From Mobula hypostoma (taxonomy: Eukaryota): 64,000 nt of DNA. Below the pieces are notes generated by a model. The model was not told where the DNA came from. It ran no database searches and worked only from the letters and a program-made list of their open reading frames with translations. The position numbers and the translations under genes are program-made. The DNA lies in the NCBI RefSeq assembly GCF_963921235.1, contig NC_086098.1, positions 8,866,001 to 8,930,000 on the forward strand, read 5' to 3'. This document shows, piece after piece, positions 62,374 through 64,000 of the stretch; position 1 is the first letter of the stretch, and each line of letters opens with the position of its first letter.

Positions 62374-62852
62374 ATTCCTGGGATGGCAGGACTTTCATAT
62401 GATGAAAGACTGGATCGACTAGGCTTATAGTCTCTGGAATTTAGAAGGTCGAAGGGGGATCTTATTGAAACTTATAAAATCCTAAAGGGATTGGCCAGGG
62501 TAGATGTAGGAAGATTGTTCCCGATGTTGGGGAAGTCCAGAACGAGGGGTCACAGTTTGAGGATAAAGGGGAAGCCTTTTAGGACCGAGATTAGGAAAAA
62601 CTTCTTCACACAGAGAGTGGTGAATCTGTGGAATTCTCTGTCACAGGAAACAGTTGAGGCCAGTTCATTGGCTATATTTAAGAGGGAGTTAGATATGGTC
62701 CTTGTGGCTAAAGGGATCAGGGGGTATGGAGAGAAGGCAGGTACAGGGTTCTGAGTTGGATGATCAGCTATGATCATACTGAATGGCGGTGCAGGCTCGA
62801 AGGGCCGAATGGCCTACTCCTGCACCTATTTTCTATGTTTCTATGTTTCTAT
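62374..62852 (+). mobile_element. CR1 3' fragment, close to the young subfamily
   Basis: GRLFPMLGKSRTRGHSLRI...; (TTTCTATG)n tail. Confidence 0.9.
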
Positions 62853-63029
62853 GGAAAGGAATACAATCGGCATTTCGAGCCGAGACCCTTCACCAGGACG
62901 CGGAGGGCAGCAGAGATCACAGAGGGGGAGCAGCGAGAGAGGGTTTCAATGAACTCCCTCGAAGAGAAAATTTAACTTCTTCAGGGTAGGCATCCCTGGA
63001 CGAGACTTCACAGTGTAGTAATCCAATCA

Positions 63030-63235
63030 CAACAGGAGAAAATCTGCAGATGCTGGAAATCCAAGCAACACACTCAAAATGCTAGGGGAACACAGCATCT
63101 ATGGAAAAAAGTGGTCAATGTTTGGGGCCAACACTCTTCAGCAGGACTCATGAAAGGTCAAAACATTGACTGTTCACTCTTTTCCATAGATGCTGCCCGG
63201 CCTCCTGCGTTCCTCCAGCATTCTGTATCTGCTGT
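63030..63235. mobile_element. Palindromic Penelope-derived repeat
   Basis: CAGCATCTATGGAAAA ... TTTTCCATAGATGCTG inverted arms around decayed hammerhead-like cores. Confidence 0.65.
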
Positions 63236-63704
63236 TTGGTCATGGACCATGGTTGCCCATGTCTTACAACACGGCACGTAATGAGGACGACAGATATTAA
63301 TGACTTGTGAACAGGTTTTCTAAAATGCTTCATTTATTTCAATCTGTCTCTGTTACACATTTATTCATAGAAAATCAATAAATATTCATAAATAAGCAAC
63401 AGGACTCATCCTTTATCCTTACGAAAGTCCATAATTACTGTTACTAATGTACTAATCAATAATAATCTCGGCCCAAAATTACCATGGCAAGTAAGAGAAT
63501 TCATTGAAAGGTTTTTGCCACATTGGTCACATGCTCTCAGAAAGGTTCACCACCCCTGCCGTAACGAGATTTGAGAGAGCAGCAGATGCTGGAGTCTGGA
63601 GCAGCATTCTGCTGGAGGAAATCAGTGGGTCGAGCAGCGTCTGGGGAGGGAACGAATTGTCGAAGTTCACGTTGGAATCTACGCAAAATGCTGATAAGAT
63701 GAGA

Positions 63705-64000
63705 GTTATTGATTGGGGGAGGTGCAAGCAGGCTTTTTCCACTGAGGTAGGGTTTGACTCAAACCAGAGGACATGGGTTGAGTGAAAGGTGAAATGTTGA
63801 AGGGGAACCTGAGGGGGGATATCTTCACTCAGAGGGTGGTGAGAGTGTGGGATGAGCTGCCAGCGCAGGTGGTGGATGCAGGTTTGATTTCAGCATTGAA
63901 GAGAAGTTTGGATAGCTACATGGATGGGAGGGCTATGGAGAGCTATTGTCTGGGTGCAGGTTGATGTGAGTAGGCAGATCAATAGTTGTATATGGACTAG
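63705..64000 (+). mobile_element. CR1 3' fragment
   Basis: LRGDIFTQRVVRVWDELP. Confidence 0.8.

Noticed and set aside
1..64000. Prokaryotic RT systems (retron, DGR, group II intron) or defence operons
   Set aside because: All RT motifs belong to vertebrate non-LTR clades, with APE endonuclease and microsatellite tails; there is no operon structure.

Overview
Eukaryotic, gene-poor, repeat-saturated DNA. The repeat content (CR1 LINEs with (CTATGTTT)n-type tails, HE1-like V-SINEs, Penelope-derived palindromes) points to a cartilaginous fish, probably a ray; this is an inference. No intact host gene is visible. Most of the window is nested transposable elements: one near full-length CR1 (2454-6756, +), a near-identical inverted copy (35095-39019), many older CR1 fragments, a Tx1/L1-clade 3' end, Rex1/Babar fragments, a decayed Gypsy element, a solo LTR with a 13x37-bp VNTR, SINEs and Tc1/mariner/hAT MITEs. 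Highlights: (1) an intronless RBM25 retrocopy sits where the RT/RNaseH/integrase core of a Gypsy element should be, with a fold-back duplication at one junction and microhomology at the other. (2) An in-frame U_UUA_AAC slippery heptamer lies directly before the ORF1 stop in several divergent CR1 subfamilies, with an AUG-less ORF2 opening in the -1 frame, a candidate programmed -1 frameshift. (3) Penelope-derived repeats carry minimal hammerhead ribozyme motifs. (4) A ~620-bp non-coding retroposon family ends in a 3' stem-loop. All family names come from motif recognition by eye, with no database search, and boundaries of old elements are approximate.
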